Source: Myxococcota bacterium
Lineage (GTDB): Bacteria > Myxococcota_A > Bradymonadia > UBA7976 > UBA1532
Length of the DNA: 64,000 nucleotides
Reading direction: 5' to 3'
Assembly: GCA_036337435.1 (NCBI GenBank)
Contig: JAYZEG010000066.1
Span: 29,959-93,958 of the forward strand
The notes beneath the pieces are model-generated. The model was not told the DNA's origin and did no database searches. It was given only the letters and a program-made list of their open reading frames with translations. The position numbers were made by a program, and so were the translations under genes. Positions within the stretch are counted from its first letter, which is position 1, and each line of letters opens with the position of its first letter. This document shows, piece after piece, positions 50,013 to 62,093 of the stretch.

Positions 50013-50055
50013 GACTGTTCTCCTTGCACCGGCCGCGTTGGGCCAGTCATCAGTA

Positions 50056-50325
50056 CTAAGCTGCTTTATGTGTAATCGACTTCACGCGCCATCGCTTATG
50101 ACGGCTCATCGGTCGAGTTTCTTCGATCAGCACTGTATCACCGACACGTGCCTCGTTTGCCTCGTCGTGAACTTTGTACTTCACGCGACGCCGGACAAAC
50201 TTCTTATAAATCGGGTGCATCACCAGCTTGTCGAGCTGCACAACGACTGTTTTGTCCATTTTGTCACTCACAACAACGCCCGTTCGGGTCTTAATGTTGC
50301 GACGCTTTTCTGTATTCTCACTCAT
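50056..50325 (-). CDS. rpsQ: 30S ribosomal protein uS17
   Basis: [17 protein letters not shown] and ETRP motifs. Confidence 0.98.
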   Translation of the reverse strand: MSENTEKRRNIKTRTGVVVSDKMDKTVVVQLDKLVMHPIYKKFVRRRVKYKVHDEANEARVGDTVLIEETRPMSRHKRWRVKSITHKAA

Positions 50326-50342
50326 CGCTATGACTCCGTAAC

Positions 50343-50549
50343 CTAGGCACCTGCGGACTGCGCATTTTCTAATTCGCGCAAGACCGTCTCTATACGGGCG
50401 ATTTCCCGCCGTGTTTTCTTTAAAGACGCAGTGTCCAACAATTGACCTGTGTAGTGCTTAAACCGCAGGTCAAAGAGTTCGCGGCGACGTTCATCATTTA
50501 ACTCGCGCAGATCTTCGACACTCTTTTCGCGTAATTCATTCGCATTCAT
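50343..50549 (-). CDS. rpmC: 50S ribosomal protein uL29
   Basis: MNANELRE...ELFDLRF...RREIARIET. Confidence 0.95.
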   Translation of the reverse strand: MNANELREKSVEDLRELNDERRRELFDLRFKHYTGQLLDTASLKKTRREIARIETVLRELENAQSAGA

Positions 50550-50551
50550 GT

Positions 50552-50962
50552 TCACTGACCTCGTTTCAAGAAGCGGGTCTTGATGGGCAACTTGTGTGCG
50601 GCCAATCGAAGGGCTTCTCGAGCTAAATCTTCGGGGATGCCATCCATTTCGTACATCACTCGACCGCGCTTCACGACAGCGACCCAATGATCGACGGCCC
50701 CCTTACCTTTACCCATGCGGGTCTCGGCAGGTTTCTTCGAGATTGGTTTGTCTGGGAAAACCCGAATCCAGATTTTGCCCTGACGCTTGACGTGTCGAGT
50801 CATCGCGATACGAGCAGCCTCGATTTGTCGGGCGGTCACACGACCACTCGTGATTGCCTGCAATCCGTATTCTCCGAAATGCACATCGGTTCCACCCTTG
50901 GCTGCGCCGCGGATACGACCCTTTTGCTGCTTCCGAAATTTTGTCTTCTTAGGAGAAAGCAT
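50552..50962 (-). CDS. rplP: 50S ribosomal protein uL16
   Basis: [13 protein letters not shown] and RMGKGKG motifs. Confidence 0.98.
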   Translation of the reverse strand: MLSPKKTKFRKQQKGRIRGAAKGGTDVHFGEYGLQAITSGRVTARQIEAARIAMTRHVKRQGKIWIRVFPDKPISKKPAETRMGKGKGAVDHWVAVVKRGRVMYEMDGIPEDLAREALRLAAHKLPIKTRFLKRGQ

Positions 50963-50977
50963 TTCTCATACCTACCA

Positions 50978-51634
50978 TTAACGCCGCTGAGCATTGTTCG
51001 CGCCCTTGTCGGCGTGAACTTCACCCTTAAATATCCAGCATTTAATTCCGATGACACCGTATGTCGTGTTCGCAATTGCTGTGCCGTAGTCAATATCTGC
51101 TCGGAGTGTGTGCAACGGCACTCGTCCATCGTGATATCGCTCAAATCGGCCCATCTCAGCACCGCCCAAGCGCCCGGACGCTGAAATCTTGAAGCCTTTC
51201 GCTCCAAATTTCATTCCCGTTTGCATCGCCTTCTTGAGTGCTCGTCTAAAGGCGACACGGCGCTCAAGTTGAGCTGCAACATTCTCTGCAACCAAAGTCG
51301 CGTCGAGCTCTGCCTTGCGGATCTCCTGAATGTTCAAGAACACTTCACCGTTCGACAGCTTCTCAATGTCACGCTTCAGGTCATCTGCACCCGCACCACG
51401 CTTGCCGATCACGATGCCCGGCCGTGCGGTATAAATGCTGATTTTTACCTTCGTTGCCATACGCTCGATTTCAATGCGCGAGACACCTGCGTGGTAAAGC
51501 TTTTTCTTTATAAAGCGTCGTAACTGAAGGTCTTCATGAAGCCATTCAGCATATCGCTTTTCCTCGTACCACTTGGAACTCCAGGAACGGATGATACCCA
51601 AACGGAACCCAATTGGATGCGTCTTCTGACCCAC
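50978..51634 (-). CDS. rpsC: 30S ribosomal protein uS3
   Basis: [19 protein letters not shown] and [13 protein letters not shown] motifs. Confidence 0.98.
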   Translation of the reverse strand: MGQKTHPIGFRLGIIRSWSSKWYEEKRYAEWLHEDLQLRRFIKKKLYHAGVSRIEIERMATKVKISIYTARPGIVIGKRGAGADDLKRDIEKLSNGEVFLNIQEIRKAELDATLVAENVAAQLERRVAFRRALKKAMQTGMKFGAKGFKISASGRLGGAEMGRFERYHDGRVPLHTLRADIDYGTAIANTTYGVIGIKCWIFKGEVHADKGANNAQRR

Positions 51635-51643
51635 GATCGACTC

Positions 51644-51970
51644 CTAGTTACGCTCAGCGAGTACACATGTCACGTGACTCGTTCTCTTGTTGATTCGTGT
51701 TGCTCGGCCCATCGCGCGCGGACGAAACCGGCGCAGTGTAGGACCTTCATCAACGGTGATAATGTCTACATAGAGGCGATCAACATCGGCGTTCTTCGCC
51801 TCAGCATTTGCGATTGCGCTCTCAATCAATTTCCGCACAGGCTCACAGGCGGCGCGTCGGGTGAAGGTCAAGATATTGATAGCTTCACCAACCCCTTTGC
51901 CTCGCACAAGGTCCGCGACCAAGCGTGTTTTGCGTGCTGAAACGCGAAGGTATCTGAGTTTAGCTCTCAT
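51644..51970 (-). CDS. rplV: 50S ribosomal protein uL22
   Basis: SARK.RLVADL.RG and PRAMGRA..I.KRTSH motifs. Confidence 0.98.
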   Translation of the reverse strand: MRAKLRYLRVSARKTRLVADLVRGKGVGEAINILTFTRRAACEPVRKLIESAIANAEAKNADVDRLYVDIITVDEGPTLRRFRPRAMGRATRINKRTSHVTCVLAERN

Positions 51971-51976
51971 TCCTGA

Positions 51977-52255
51977 TTACCTCTTCTTGCCCTTCTTATC
52001 CGCAGCGTGGCCACGGTAAGTTCGTGTCGGTGCAAACTCACCGAGTTTGTGACCGACCATGTTCTCAGTCACGTACACCGGCCAAAATTTATTGCCGTTA
52101 TGAACAGCAAATGTATGTCCGATGAACTCAGGGATAATTGTCGACCGGCGAGACCATGTCTTGATGGTTTGCTTCTTGCCGTTTTCATTCATCGTCTCAA
52201 CCTTTTTCCAAAGGTGGTCATCAACGAACGGCCCTTTTCGAATAGAACGCGTCAT
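51977..52255 (-). CDS. rpsS: 30S ribosomal protein uS19
   Basis: KTWSRRS and [13 protein letters not shown] motifs. Confidence 0.98.
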   Translation of the reverse strand: MTRSIRKGPFVDDHLWKKVETMNENGKKQTIKTWSRRSTIIPEFIGHTFAVHNGNKFWPVYVTENMVGHKLGEFAPTRTYRGHAADKKGKKR

Positions 52256-52266
52256 CTTTGTATCTC

Positions 52267-53097
52267 CTAACGCCCACCGCCACGGCGGCGAACGATAAAG
52301 CGGTCAGTGCGGCGATTCTTACGAGTCCGCTTACCCTTAGTTGGAACACCCCACGGACTCACTGGATGGCGACCACCCGATGTTCGTCCCTCACCACCAC
52401 CATGGGGATGGTCTACTGGGTTCATCGCAACACCCCGAACTTTGGGTCTGCGCCCCAACCAGCGACTACGACCCGCTTTGCCGAGTTTAATGTTGCCGTG
52501 TTCCTCGTTACCAACCTGGCCGATGGTGGCCCGGCAGTTCAAGTGAATGAGTCTCATCTCGCCAGAAGGCAAACGAAGCTGCGCCCAATCGCCTTCTTTC
52601 GCAAGTAACTGAGCGGATACACCGGCAGCTCGACACAACTTCGCGCCACCGCCAATCTTAATTTCAACCGCATGCACCGTCGTACCGACGGGGATATTTC
52701 GGAGCGGAAGACTATTACCTGGCTTGATATCAGCCTTGCGACTCGACTCTACACTGTCTCCAACTTCAAGCCCCTTAGGAGCAAGAATGTAGCGACGTTC
52801 ACCATCGGCATAGCAAAGGAGAGCGATCCGCGCACTTCGATTTGGATCATACTCGACGGACTCAACTCGTGCCGGAACGCCATATTTGTCCCGTCGAAAA
52901 TCGATGACACGGTAACGGCGTTTGTGACCACCGCCTCGCCGTCGAACCGTGATTCGACCGTAGACATTTCGGCCGGCAGTCTTACTGAGCGATTGGGTGA
53001 GTTTTTTGTGAGGCTTAGCCGCTGTAACACCGGCAAAGTCACTTGAACTCATGTTCCGTCGCCCGGGCGACGTTGGCTTATACTTCTTGACACCCAT
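52267..53097 (-). CDS. rplB: 50S ribosomal protein uL2
   Basis: [12 protein letters not shown] and [17 protein letters not shown] motifs. Confidence 0.98.
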   Translation of the reverse strand: MGVKKYKPTSPGRRNMSSSDFAGVTAAKPHKKLTQSLSKTAGRNVYGRITVRRRGGGHKRRYRVIDFRRDKYGVPARVESVEYDPNRSARIALLCYADGERRYILAPKGLEVGDSVESSRKADIKPGNSLPLRNIPVGTTVHAVEIKIGGGAKLCRAAGVSAQLLAKEGDWAQLRLPSGEMRLIHLNCRATIGQVGNEEHGNIKLGKAGRSRWLGRRPKVRGVAMNPVDHPHGGGEGRTSGGRHPVSPWGVPTKGKRTRKNRRTDRFIVRRRGGGR

Positions 53098-53103
53098 TTC
53101 GGC

Positions 53104-53433
53104 TTACTCCTCCGGACTCTCGAGCTCGTCCAGGTTTTCGATCGCATCGAAAAACTCGACTTCTTCGCCCGGTGCCAATGTGACAACGGCTTTTTTCCAG
53201 TTTGCGCGCTTGCCCATAGTCCGTCCCAAACGCTTCGACTTGCCACGGTAGACCATGGTGTTCACGGCGGTCACTTTGACGTCTAGGAGCTTTTCCACTG
53301 CGCGTCGAATCTCGATCTTGTTCGCGTCGGAACGCACTTGAAAAGAGATTTGATTATCATCTTCTTTCTGGAAGGTGGTCTTCTCAGTAACGAGCGGCTT
53401 TTTCAGCACGCTGTAAATATCTGCGTGGCTCAT
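53104..53433 (-). CDS. rplW: 50S ribosomal protein uL23 with an acidic tail
   Basis: PLVTEK, ANK.EI..AVE and WKKAVVTL motifs. Confidence 0.97.
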   Translation of the reverse strand: MSHADIYSVLKKPLVTEKTTFQKEDDNQISFQVRSDANKIEIRRAVEKLLDVKVTAVNTMVYRGKSKRLGRTMGKRANWKKAVVTLAPGEEVEFFDAIENLDELESPEE

Positions 53434-54050
53434 TGTCCTAATGCTCCTTCCAAGCGTCTCACCGTGGGTTCGGTCATGACGAGGTGGTCATATTTGAGGA
53501 CGTCGAACAAATTCATACCGTCGATGCTGAGGTACTTGACCTTTGGCAAGTTGCCAACGGCGAGTTCCAAATTGCGGTTTGGCCCGTCGACGACCAGCGC
53601 GTTGCCCTGCGCCAACGCGTTGAAGACCTGAGCGGCATCACGCGTCCGATGGGTCTCTAGAGCCAAACTGTCCACCACAAGCAACTTCGCCTGAGAGGCC
53701 CGTAAGCTGTGTGCCGATTTCATCGCACCTTTACGGACCTTCTTGTTGAGGTTGTACGCGTAGCTCCGAGGCGTGGGTCCGTGAACGACACCACCGCCGA
53801 CATGGTTGGGCGCTCTACGACTACCTTGTCGCGCGCGACCCGTTCCCTTTTGTCGGTATGGTTTCGCACCACCACCAGCAACATCGTTTCGGCCTTTGGT
53901 CGCAGCCGTACCAGCGCGACGCTTGGCTTGCTGCCATTTAATCACCTCATAGAAAAGGTGTCGTTTGACCTCAGTTGCGAAAATTGCGTCCGATACTTCG
54001 ATAGACCCAATCTCTTCACGCTTCAGGTTGTATACAGGAAGTGTAGCCAT
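53430..54050 (-). CDS. rplD: 50S ribosomal protein uL4
   Basis: [15 protein letters not shown] and GGGVVHGP motifs. Confidence 0.98.
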   Translation of the reverse strand: MATLPVYNLKREEIGSIEVSDAIFATEVKRHLFYEVIKWQQAKRRAGTAATKGRNDVAGGGAKPYRQKGTGRARQGSRRAPNHVGGGVVHGPTPRSYAYNLNKKVRKGAMKSAHSLRASQAKLLVVDSLALETHRTRDAAQVFNALAQGNALVVDGPNRNLELAVGNLPKVKYLSIDGMNLFDVLKYDHLVMTEPTVRRLEGALGQ

Positions 54051-54063
54051 CTTGAACTGCCCC

Positions 54064-54375
54064 CTAAGACTTCAGCTCGACATTGACGCCAGCAGACAGG
54101 TCGAGCTTCATGAGCGCGTCTAGGGTCTGCGGGGTCGGCTCGAGGATGTCGAGCAGTCGCTTGTGGGTCCGGAGTTCAAACTGCTCACGGCTCTTCTTGT
54201 TGACGTGTGGTCCACGAAGAACGGTGTAACGACTGATGCTTGTCGGTAGCGGAATGGGTCCTGCGACCTTTGCACCTGTTCGTCGAGCAATATCCACGAT
54301 CTCCGTTGCCGATTGGTCCAACAGTTTATGATCGTAGGCTTTTAGCCTGATTCGAATTTTCTGAGTGGTCGACAT
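54064..54375 (-). CDS. rpsJ: 30S ribosomal protein uS10
   Basis: [18 protein letters not shown] and SREQFE.RTHKR motifs. Confidence 0.98.
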   Translation of the reverse strand: MSTTQKIRIRLKAYDHKLLDQSATEIVDIARRTGAKVAGPIPLPTSISRYTVLRGPHVNKKSREQFELRTHKRLLDILEPTPQTLDALMKLDLSAGVNVELKS

Positions 54376-54465
54376 GTTATCGTCCTGCTCACTGCACCAC
54401 CCCGCACAGAGTACGAAGCGATTTCGGTTATGTTTGCGACTCCGATCTATTCCGGAGCCAGTAAA

Positions 54466-56553
54466 TTATTCGCCGAGCAATTTGCGTTTCGCTTCAGGCG
54501 ATGCCGAAGCGTAATGCGAAAATTGCATCGTGTATGTGCCGCGGCCTTGCGTTGACGAGCGTAGTTCAGTCGCATAACCAAACATGCCTGCCAGCGGCAA
54601 AATCGCAGTCACAAAGCTCACGCCAGTTGCCCGGGTTTCCATATTTCGGACTTCCCCACGCTTGGCGTTTACTTGGCCGATGATGTCTCCCATGTGTTCC
54701 TCAGGGACGACAATTTCAACCTCCATCACGGGCTCTAACAATTCAGGAGATGCTTTTTCACAAGCAGCCCTAAAAGCCATCGCACTCGCGACGTTAAAAG
54801 CAGCCTCGGACGAATCATTTTCGTCATATGACCCACCGAGAATTTCAACTTGGAGGTCAACCATCGGATAACCGAGTAAAGGCCCGGTTAGGTAAGCGTT
54901 TTCAACACCATGGTTAACGGCTCCAATGAACTCCTTCGGGATTTCATTCTTCGAGGCCGAATTCTTAATCGATAGACCGCTTCCGACCTCACCAGGTGAG
55001 ACCTTCAATTGGCATTCCGCGAACTGCCCTTTGCCAGTGGTACTGGGCCGGACAAAGTCACCTGCCGCAACCGCGTCTGCTGTCACAGTTTCACGATAAG
55101 CCACTTGAGGCTTACCGACGTTCGCGGTGACCTTGAACTCTCGCAAGAGCCTGTCGACAATCACTTCGAGATGAAGTTCACCCATGCCAGCCACCAGAGT
55201 TTGCCCGGTTTCCGGGTCAACGCTGACTTTGAAGCTGGGGTCTTCCTGGGCGAGTCGGTCGAGGGCTCCAGATAACTTGTCCTGGTCAGCCTTCGTTTTC
55301 GGCTCTATCGCAATGCGGATCACCGGCTCCGGAAACTCGATTTTCTCCAGAACCAATTGACCGTTCTCGAGGCAAAGAGTATCTCCAGTTGAAACGCCCT
55401 TCATGCCGACAGCTGCCACCACATCTCCGGCAAAACATTCACTGATGTCTTCCCGCTGATTGGCATGCATCCTCAGCAAACGTCCAAGTCGTTCGCGACG
55501 ACCCTTCGTTGAATTCCAAACATTATTGCCGACCTTTACACATCCTGAATAGACGCGAAGGTAAACGAGTTGGCCAACGTACGAATCAGTCGCAATCTTA
55601 AAGGCGAGTGCGGCAAATGGGGCATCATCCTCGGCAGGCCGAGACACTTCTTCGTCTGTCACAACCTTCGATTTGACTTTCAGCCCAGTAATGGCAGGTA
55701 CATCTTTCGGCGAAGGCAGGTAGTCGACAACAGCATCTAGGAGAAGACGAACGCCTTTATTCCTGAACGCTGACCCACAAAGCACAGGCACTGCTTTGCC
55801 GGCTATTGTCGTTCGTCGCAGCACTGATTTAATCAACTCTACGGATGGTTCTTCGCCCTCTAGTAAGAGTTCGAGGATTTCATCATCATGGTTGGACAAG
55901 GTCTCCAAGAGCGTTTCGCGGCTCAGTTCAGCCTCATCAACCATATCTGCGGGAATAGGTCCGATTTCAAATGGCGATTCAGGGTCATCCCCCGACCAAA
56001 TGAACGAACGATTTTCAACCAGGTCGACGAGACCACGAAAGTCGCCGTCGACGTGAATTGGGAGCTGTATGACGTGAGTCTCAGCACCTAATCGTTCTTG
56101 AACCATCGCAACGCAGCGCTGAAAATCAGCACCTATGCGGTCCATCTTATTTACAAAGACCATACGCGGAACATGATATTTGTCCGCTTGGCGCCAAACC
56201 GTTTCTGTCTGCGGTTCAACACCTGCGACCCCGTCGAGACAGGTAATCGCGCTATCCAGTACCCGGAGACTCCGTTCGACTTCAAACGTGAAATCGACAT
56301 GCCCCGGTGTATCAATAATGTTAATCCAGTGGTCATCCCACTGGCACGTCGTAGCTGCCGACGTGATTGTTATGCCGCGTTCTTGCTCTTGCTCCATCCA
56401 ATCCATCACGGCTGTGCCATCATGGACTTCACCCACCTTGTGGGTGCGACCGGAGAAGTACAAGATACGCTCTGTGGTCGTTGTCTTGCCCGCGTCAATG
56501 TGAGCCATGATTCCGATATTTCGGACTTGGCTTAATTTTACGGCGCGAGGCAT
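54466..56553 (-). CDS. fusA: Elongation factor G (str-operon copy)
   Basis: [26 protein letters not shown] and GMGELHL motifs. Confidence 0.96.
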   Translation of the reverse strand: MPRAVKLSQVRNIGIMAHIDAGKTTTTERILYFSGRTHKVGEVHDGTAVMDWMEQEQERGITITSAATTCQWDDHWINIIDTPGHVDFTFEVERSLRVLDSAITCLDGVAGVEPQTETVWRQADKYHVPRMVFVNKMDRIGADFQRCVAMVQERLGAETHVIQLPIHVDGDFRGLVDLVENRSFIWSGDDPESPFEIGPIPADMVDEAELSRETLLETLSNHDDEILELLLEGEEPSVELIKSVLRRTTIAGKAVPVLCGSAFRNKGVRLLLDAVVDYLPSPKDVPAITGLKVKSKVVTDEEVSRPAEDDAPFAALAFKIATDSYVGQLVYLRVYSGCVKVGNNVWNSTKGRRERLGRLLRMHANQREDISECFAGDVVAAVGMKGVSTGDTLCLENGQLVLEKIEFPEPVIRIAIEPKTKADQDKLSGALDRLAQEDPSFKVSVDPETGQTLVAGMGELHLEVIVDRLLREFKVTANVGKPQVAYRETVTADAVAAGDFVRPSTTGKGQFAECQLKVSPGEVGSGLSIKNSASKNEIPKEFIGAVNHGVENAYLTGPLLGYPMVDLQVEILGGSYDENDSSEAAFNVASAMAFRAACEKASPELLEPVMEVEIVVPEEHMGDIIGQVNAKRGEVRNMETRATGVSFVTAILPLAGMFGYATELRSSTQGRGTYTMQFSHYASASPEAKRKLLGE

Positions 56554-56588
56554 CTCAATCGACCTTCAGCCCGCGGCAGACCCTCGGT

Positions 56589-57059
56589 CTACCAGCGATA
56601 GTGGGCGAAAGCCTTATTGGCTTCTGCCATCTTGTGTGTGTCGTCCTTCTTCTTCACAGAAGCACCACGACCGGCTGCAGCATCCATCAACTCACCAGCC
56701 AATTTTTCAGCCATGGTCTTTTCATGCCGCTTCCGAGCGAAATTAATGATCCAACGAAACGCAAGAGCGGTTCGGCGCTCACCGCGAATTTCGACGGGCA
56801 CCTGGTACGTTGACCCACCGACGCGACGACTTTTGACCTCAAGGTTTGGCTTGACGTTCTCTAATGCCTTTTTGAAGAGTCGGAGTGGATCTTCTTTTGC
56901 TCGATTCTCAATCAAATCGAAAGAACCGTAAATAATGCCTTCTGCAACGGACTTTTTACCGCGCTTCATAAGGCAGTTAACAAATTTTGCAAGCGTCCGA
57001 TCTCCAAACTTGGGATCGGGCTGAACTTTACGCTTGGGGACTTCCCGACGACGTGGCAT
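56589..57059 (-). CDS. rpsG: 30S ribosomal protein uS7
   Basis: [11 protein letters not shown] and [13 protein letters not shown] motifs. Confidence 0.98.
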   Translation of the reverse strand: MPRRREVPKRKVQPDPKFGDRTLAKFVNCLMKRGKKSVAEGIIYGSFDLIENRAKEDPLRLFKKALENVKPNLEVKSRRVGGSTYQVPVEIRGERRTALAFRWIINFARKRHEKTMAEKLAGELMDAAAGRGASVKKKDDTHKMAEANKAFAHYRW

Positions 57060-57071
57060 TCGTAATCTCCC

Positions 57072-57446
57072 TTAGCTTCTTGGCCGCTTAGCGCCGTACT
57101 TGGATCGACCCTGGCGACGTTTATCGACGCCTGAGGTGTCTGCCGTACCGCGAATAATGTGGTAGCGGACACCCGGTAGATCCTTCACACGTCCGCCTCG
57201 AATCAGAACAACCGAGTGCTCTTGTAACGAGTGTCCCTCGCCCGGGATGTAGCTCGTCACTTCGATGCCATTGGTCAAACGGACACGAGCAACCTTACGG
57301 AGAGCCGAATTTGGCTTCTTTGGCGTTGAGGTATATACGCGTACGCAGACGCCCCGCTTTTGCGGGCATGATTGCAAGGCCGGTGCAGTGGTCTTGCGGA
57401 ACTTGTTTTTGCGTCCTCTGCGGACGAGTTGGCTGATTGTCGGCAT
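57072..57446 (-). CDS. rpsL: 30S ribosomal protein uS12
   Basis: [17 protein letters not shown] and [10 protein letters not shown] motifs. Confidence 0.98.
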   Translation of the reverse strand: MPTISQLVRRGRKNKFRKTTAPALQSCPQKRGVCVRVYTSTPKKPNSALRKVARVRLTNGIEVTSYIPGEGHSLQEHSVVLIRGGRVKDLPGVRYHIIRGTADTSGVDKRRQGRSKYGAKRPRS

Positions 57447-57664
57447 GCGACTCCCACCTTTTACTGAATTCGGTTTATCGAACTCTTCCAAACAACAATA
57501 AGACTTTACGGAAGAAGAGAGAGGAGGCTCTGAGCCTCGTTTGCGTACTCGCGTACAGCATTTCTCTCCCGACGGTTCGAGCGTTTTTCAAGCCGCCTTC
57601 CGGGAAGTCAGCGGGGCAAAACAAGCCCGCGCCTACACCTACCGATCCGGTAGATGGTCCGCGC

Positions 57665-57692
57665 ACTATATAGATCTCCCATGTGCGGTCAA
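57665..57692 (-). promoter_or_regulatory. Putative sigma70 promoter of the str operon
   Basis: Minus strand TTGACC-N16-TATAGT, with an AT-rich inverted repeat just upstream. Confidence 0.55.
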
Positions 57693-57864
57693 CATAAAAG
57701 AGTGATTATCGATGTTTTTTTATGTGGCGGCGTCATACAACCAACGGATCGCAGCACACGAGTTCATCGGTTGGCATTGATCCAGGACTTAACTGATGCA
57801 TGCGACAAACGGCAAGCACCAGGGCATGTGAGATGAAGAAATCGCAGGAGGAATATCGCCGATC

Positions 57865-57899
57865 CGGTCCCCCTTTTTGCCTGTGAGACGGGGGGACCG
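57865..57899 (-). terminator. GC-rich hairpin after rpoC (possible terminator or stability element)
   Basis: CGGTCCCCC...GGGGGACCG inverted repeat about 15 nt after the rpoC stop; no clear U-tract. Confidence 0.5.
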
Positions 57900-57913
57900 A
57901 ATGACATGTTGGC

Positions 57914-60900
57914 CTAGTTTAGACCGGCTGGGAGTGCGTCCATGTCGGCTGCCTCAGAGAGGAGCTCATCATTTTGATCATCTGTTTCGATGCTGAGGTT
58001 GCGATACCCCTCTAAGCCTGTTCCAGCTGGAATTAATCGACCCATGATCACGTTCTCTTTCAGACCTCTCAAATAATCGATCTTACCTGAGAGGGCAGCC
58101 TGAGTGAGAACCTTTGTCGTCTCTTGGAATGACGAAGCAGAAATGAATGATTCGGTCGACAGCGATGCCTTGGTAATCCCCAGCAGAAGTGGCTGGGCCA
58201 CAGCTGGTCGGCCACCGGCATTCATCACCCGGGCGTTTTCCTCTTCGAAAACCCACTTCTCGACTTGTTCTTCGACCAAGAAGTTACTGTCACCAACGTT
58301 GGTGATTTGGACGCGTCGAAGCATTTGGCGAACGATGGTCTCAACGTGTTTGTCGTTGATTCGAACACCCTGCAAACGATAGACCTCTTGAATCTCATCG
58401 ACCAAAAACTTTGCCAGTTCTTTGTCGCCAAGTACGGCCAAAATATCGTGCGGATTCTGCGCTCCGTCCATGAGGGCTTCACCGGCGACGACGCGGTCAC
58501 CCTGACGTACGGCTAAAGCCTTACCCTTGGGAATGAGGTATTCTTTTGGCTCGCCCAGGTCCGGTCGAACAATGACTTTTCGCTTGCCCTTCGTATCCTT
58601 GCCAAATTCAACCCAACCATCGATCTCGGTGATCACAGCGGGTTCCTTCGGTTTGCGTGCTTCAAACAATTCTGCCACTCGTGGTAGACCACCTGTGATG
58701 TCCTTGTTCTTGGCCGCTTCACGGGCAATCTTCGCAATTTGCTGACCAGGATGGATGAGGTCTCCATCGTTGACGACAATATTGGCACCAACCGGTAACA
58801 TGTACCGAGCTTCGCCCCTGGTTCCCGCCAGCTTCTTAATTTGATGGGTATCAGGGTCACGGATAATGACTTGAGGCCTGAGCTCACCAGAATCTCTGTT
58901 TTCAACAACCACCTTCCGGCTCAGACCTGTAACCTCATCAAACTCTTCGTTGATGGTGACGCCTTCTTCCAATTCGTGGAAACGGGCAACACCACCGACC
59001 TCTGTGAGGATCGGAATGGCAAAGGGATCCCACTCAGCGAGGGTCGTACCGGCTTGAACTTTCGCACCGTCTTTCACAAGGAGACTTGCACCATAGACAA
59101 CCTGGTACCGCTCCCGCTCACGGCCGACATCGTCTTTAATGATCAGAGCCGACTGCCTGTTCATGACCACCGTTGCGCCGTTTGGCTCATCAGGTGACGC
59201 CGGACGAATGACCGTTTCGACGTTTTCATAGACCACCGTGCCGGGGCCACGCGATTCAACGGTATTCTGCTCGGCCAATCGCGCAGCAGCACCACCGATG
59301 TGGAACGTACGCATCGTGAGCTGTGTACCCGGCTCACCGATAGACTGAGCGGCGATGACGCCAACAGCCTCACCGATGTTGACAGTGCGGCCGCGAGCAA
59401 GGTCTCGACCGTAGCACATGACACAGACGCCGCGCTTGGTCTGACAGGTCAAAACCGACCGGATCATAACCCGATTGATTCCTGCATCCTCGACGATTTG
59501 AACGGTATCTTCATCAAATTCCGTGCCCGCCGGTAGAAGCATGTCGCCTGTATGAGGGTCATAGACATCATCGAGAGCCACGCGACCCAGTATCCGGTCT
59601 GCAAGTGGCTCTATGATCTCGCCAGCTTCGACGAGTGCGGTGACCTCCATGCCGTCCAACGTGCCGCAATCGTATTCCGTCACGATGGCATCTTGGGCGA
59701 CGTCGACAAGACGCCTTGTCAGATACCCAGAATTAGCTGTCTTGAGCGCAGTATCCGCCAGACCCTTTCGCGCACCGTGAGTACTGATAAAGTACTGCAA
59801 TACGCTCAGACCCTCGCGGAAGTTTGCTGTGATGGGCGTCTCGATGATTTCACCCGATGGTTTGGCCATCAAACCACGCATACCAGCGAGCTGTTTAATC
59901 TGCGCGGGACCACCACGAGCACCGGAGTCCGCCATGATAAAGATCGAGTTGAAACTATCGGTTTCTTCGGTCTCACCATTCGGACCAACGATGGTCTCAC
60001 GGCTGATGGCGTCCATCATACCTTCGGCGACGGCGTTACTGACGCGGTCCCAAATGTCGACAACCTTGTTATAGCGCTCACCATTCGTGATGAGACCGTC
60101 ATAGTATTGCTGTTCGATCTCCTTGACTTCCAGCGTGGCTTCGCCAAGGAGCTTCTCTTTGACATCCGGGATGGTGAGGTCACCAACGGCGATCGAGATA
60201 CCGGCGCGCGTTGCATTTGCATAGCCAATGTCCTTGAGACGATCGGCCAATATGACCGTTTCTTTCGAAGTACATTGTCTGTATGCAGCATCGATGAGCG
60301 CAGCCAGTTCTTTCTTTCTCAACGTCTTGTTTATGAGGTCAAAACTGAGACCTGACGGTAAGATTTCCCAGAGTAGTACGCGGCCTGTGGTCGTGTCAGA
60401 AAGGGAGCCATCCAATCGGCACTTGATTCGGGCTTGCAAGTCAAGTTCGCCTGCATCGTATGCCATTCTGACTTCTTCTGGACCACAGAATATGCGACCT
60501 TCACCGGTCGCAAATGGTCGTTCTCTCGTCATGTAGTAGCAGCCGAGCACGATGTCTTGAGACGGGACGATAATCGGTCGTCCACTGGCTGGGCTCAAGA
60601 TGTTATTTGAACTCATCATGAGAACGCGTGCTTCGATTTGCGCTTCGACAGACAGCGGGAGGTGCACAGCCATCTGGTCGCCGTCAAAGTCAGCATTAAA
60701 AGCCACACAGACCAGCGGATGAAGCTGGATGGCCTTACCCTCGATGAGTACGGGTTCGAATGCCTGGATACCCAAGCGATGCAAGGTCGGGGCTCGGTTG
60801 AGCATGACCGGATGCTCTTTAATCACTTCATCCAGGATATCCCATACCTCAGGCTTTTGCTTTTCCACCAGTCGTTTAGCCGTCTTGATGGTCGTGACAT

Positions 60901-62071
60901 GGCCACGTTCTTCAAGTTTGCTGTAAATGAACGGCTTGAAGAGTTCCAAAGCCAATTTCTTAGGCAAACCACATTGGTGCAAGCGGAGTTCTGGCCCAAC
61001 CACAATGACTGAACGACCCGAATAATCCACACGCTTTCCGAGTAGGTTTTGGCGGAATCGCCCCTGCTTGCCCTTGATCATATCACTCAATGACTTCAAT
61101 GGTCGCTTGTTGGGGCCTGTGATGGCCTTCCCTCGACGCCCATTGTCGAAGAGCGCATCAACCGCTTCTTGCAGCATGCGCTTTTCATTCCGGATAATGA
61201 TCTCCGGCGCATTGAGCTCTTTGAGACGCTTCAAACGATTATTCCGATTGATCACGCGGCGGTACAGGTCGTTCAAATCGCTTGTTGCGAAACGGCCGCC
61301 ATCCAATGGAACCAGTGGGCGTAGGTCCGGCGGAATAACGGGAATGACATCTAAAATCATCCATTCGGGGCGGTTGTTACTGTCTTTGAGTGACTCGACC
61401 ACCTTCAATCGCTTCGCAAGCTTTTTTCGGGCTGCCTCGCTTGTGGCTGCCAGCATTTGCTCTCGCAACGTCACCGCCAACGATGGAATATCAAGTTGCT
61501 GCAACAGAATCTTGATTGCATCGGCACCCATGCCTGCTTCAAAGGCATCGTCGCCGTATTCGTCCAAAGCGTCGTAATATTCATCTTCGCTTAAAATATC
61601 ACCGGTATTAAGGGGTGTCTCGCCCCCATCGGTGATGATATAGGCGACGCAATACAGAACACGTTCGATGTCCTTGAGGGTCACATCAAGAAGATTCCCG
61701 AGCCGACTTGGAAGACTTTTCAGAAACCAAATGTGGGCAACAGGTGTCGCCAGCGTAATATGACCCAGACGTTCACGCCTAACACGGCTCTGAATGACCT
61801 CTACGCCACACTTTTCACACACCACGCCGCGGTGCTTCATTCGCTTATATTTGCCGCACAAACATTCGTAGTCTTTCACGGGACCGAAGATCTTTGCGCA
61901 GAATAACCCATCACGCTCGGGTTTAAATGTCCGATAGTTGATGGTTTCCGGCTTTTTGACCTCACCGTAAGACCAGCTGTTGATCTTATCGGGACTCGCG
62001 ATGGCGATACGGATCGCACTAAAGCTGAGTGGGTCCTTGGGCTTCTCAAAAAAGTTGAAAATATCCTTCAT
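57914..62071 (-). CDS. rpoC: RNA polymerase beta' subunit
   Basis: NADFDGD active-site motif, N-terminal Zn ribbon and [13 protein letters not shown]. Confidence 0.99.
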   Translation of the reverse strand: MKDIFNFFEKPKDPLSFSAIRIAIASPDKINSWSYGEVKKPETINYRTFKPERDGLFCAKIFGPVKDYECLCGKYKRMKHRGVVCEKCGVEVIQSRVRRERLGHITLATPVAHIWFLKSLPSRLGNLLDVTLKDIERVLYCVAYIITDGGETPLNTGDILSEDEYYDALDEYGDDAFEAGMGADAIKILLQQLDIPSLAVTLREQMLAATSEAARKKLAKRLKVVESLKDSNNRPEWMILDVIPVIPPDLRPLVPLDGGRFATSDLNDLYRRVINRNNRLKRLKELNAPEIIIRNEKRMLQEAVDALFDNGRRGKAITGPNKRPLKSLSDMIKGKQGRFRQNLLGKRVDYSGRSVIVVGPELRLHQCGLPKKLALELFKPFIYSKLEERGHVTTIKTAKRLVEKQKPEVWDILDEVIKEHPVMLNRAPTLHRLGIQAFEPVLIEGKAIQLHPLVCVAFNADFDGDQMAVHLPLSVEAQIEARVLMMSSNNILSPASGRPIIVPSQDIVLGCYYMTRERPFATGEGRIFCGPEEVRMAYDAGELDLQARIKCRLDGSLSDTTTGRVLLWEILPSGLSFDLINKTLRKKELAALIDAAYRQCTSKETVILADRLKDIGYANATRAGISIAVGDLTIPDVKEKLLGEATLEVKEIEQQYYDGLITNGERYNKVVDIWDRVSNAVAEGMMDAISRETIVGPNGETEETDSFNSIFIMADSGARGGPAQIKQLAGMRGLMAKPSGEIIETPITANFREGLSVLQYFISTHGARKGLADTALKTANSGYLTRRLVDVAQDAIVTEYDCGTLDGMEVTALVEAGEIIEPLADRILGRVALDDVYDPHTGDMLLPAGTEFDEDTVQIVEDAGINRVMIRSVLTCQTKRGVCVMCYGRDLARGRTVNIGEAVGVIAAQSIGEPGTQLTMRTFHIGGAAARLAEQNTVESRGPGTVVYENVETVIRPASPDEPNGATVVMNRQSALIIKDDVGRERERYQVVYGASLLVKDGAKVQAGTTLAEWDPFAIPILTEVGGVARFHELEEGVTINEEFDEVTGLSRKVVVENRDSGELRPQVIIRDPDTHQIKKLAGTRGEARYMLPVGANIVVNDGDLIHPGQQIAKIAREAAKNKDITGGLPRVAELFEARKPKEPAVITEIDGWVEFGKDTKGKRKVIVRPDLGEPKEYLIPKGKALAVRQGDRVVAGEALMDGAQNPHDILAVLGDKELAKFLVDEIQEVYRLQGVRINDKHVETIVRQMLRRVQITNVGDSNFLVEEQVEKWVFEEENARVMNAGGRPAVAQPLLLGITKASLSTESFISASSFQETTKVLTQAALSGKIDYLRGLKENVIMGRLIPAGTGLEGYRNLSIETDDQNDELLSEAADMDALPAGLN

Positions 62072-62093
62072 GGCTCTTCCTCGTGCTTTCCGT

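Noticed and set aside
57072..57446. Streptomycin-resistance substitutions in uS12
   Set aside because: The PKKPNS and RVKDLPG motifs are wild type.
59552..60355. Long antisense ORFs opposite rpoC, and others such as 5730-6452 and 49726-50346
   Set aside because: They are shadow ORFs of conserved genes with no recognisable motifs.
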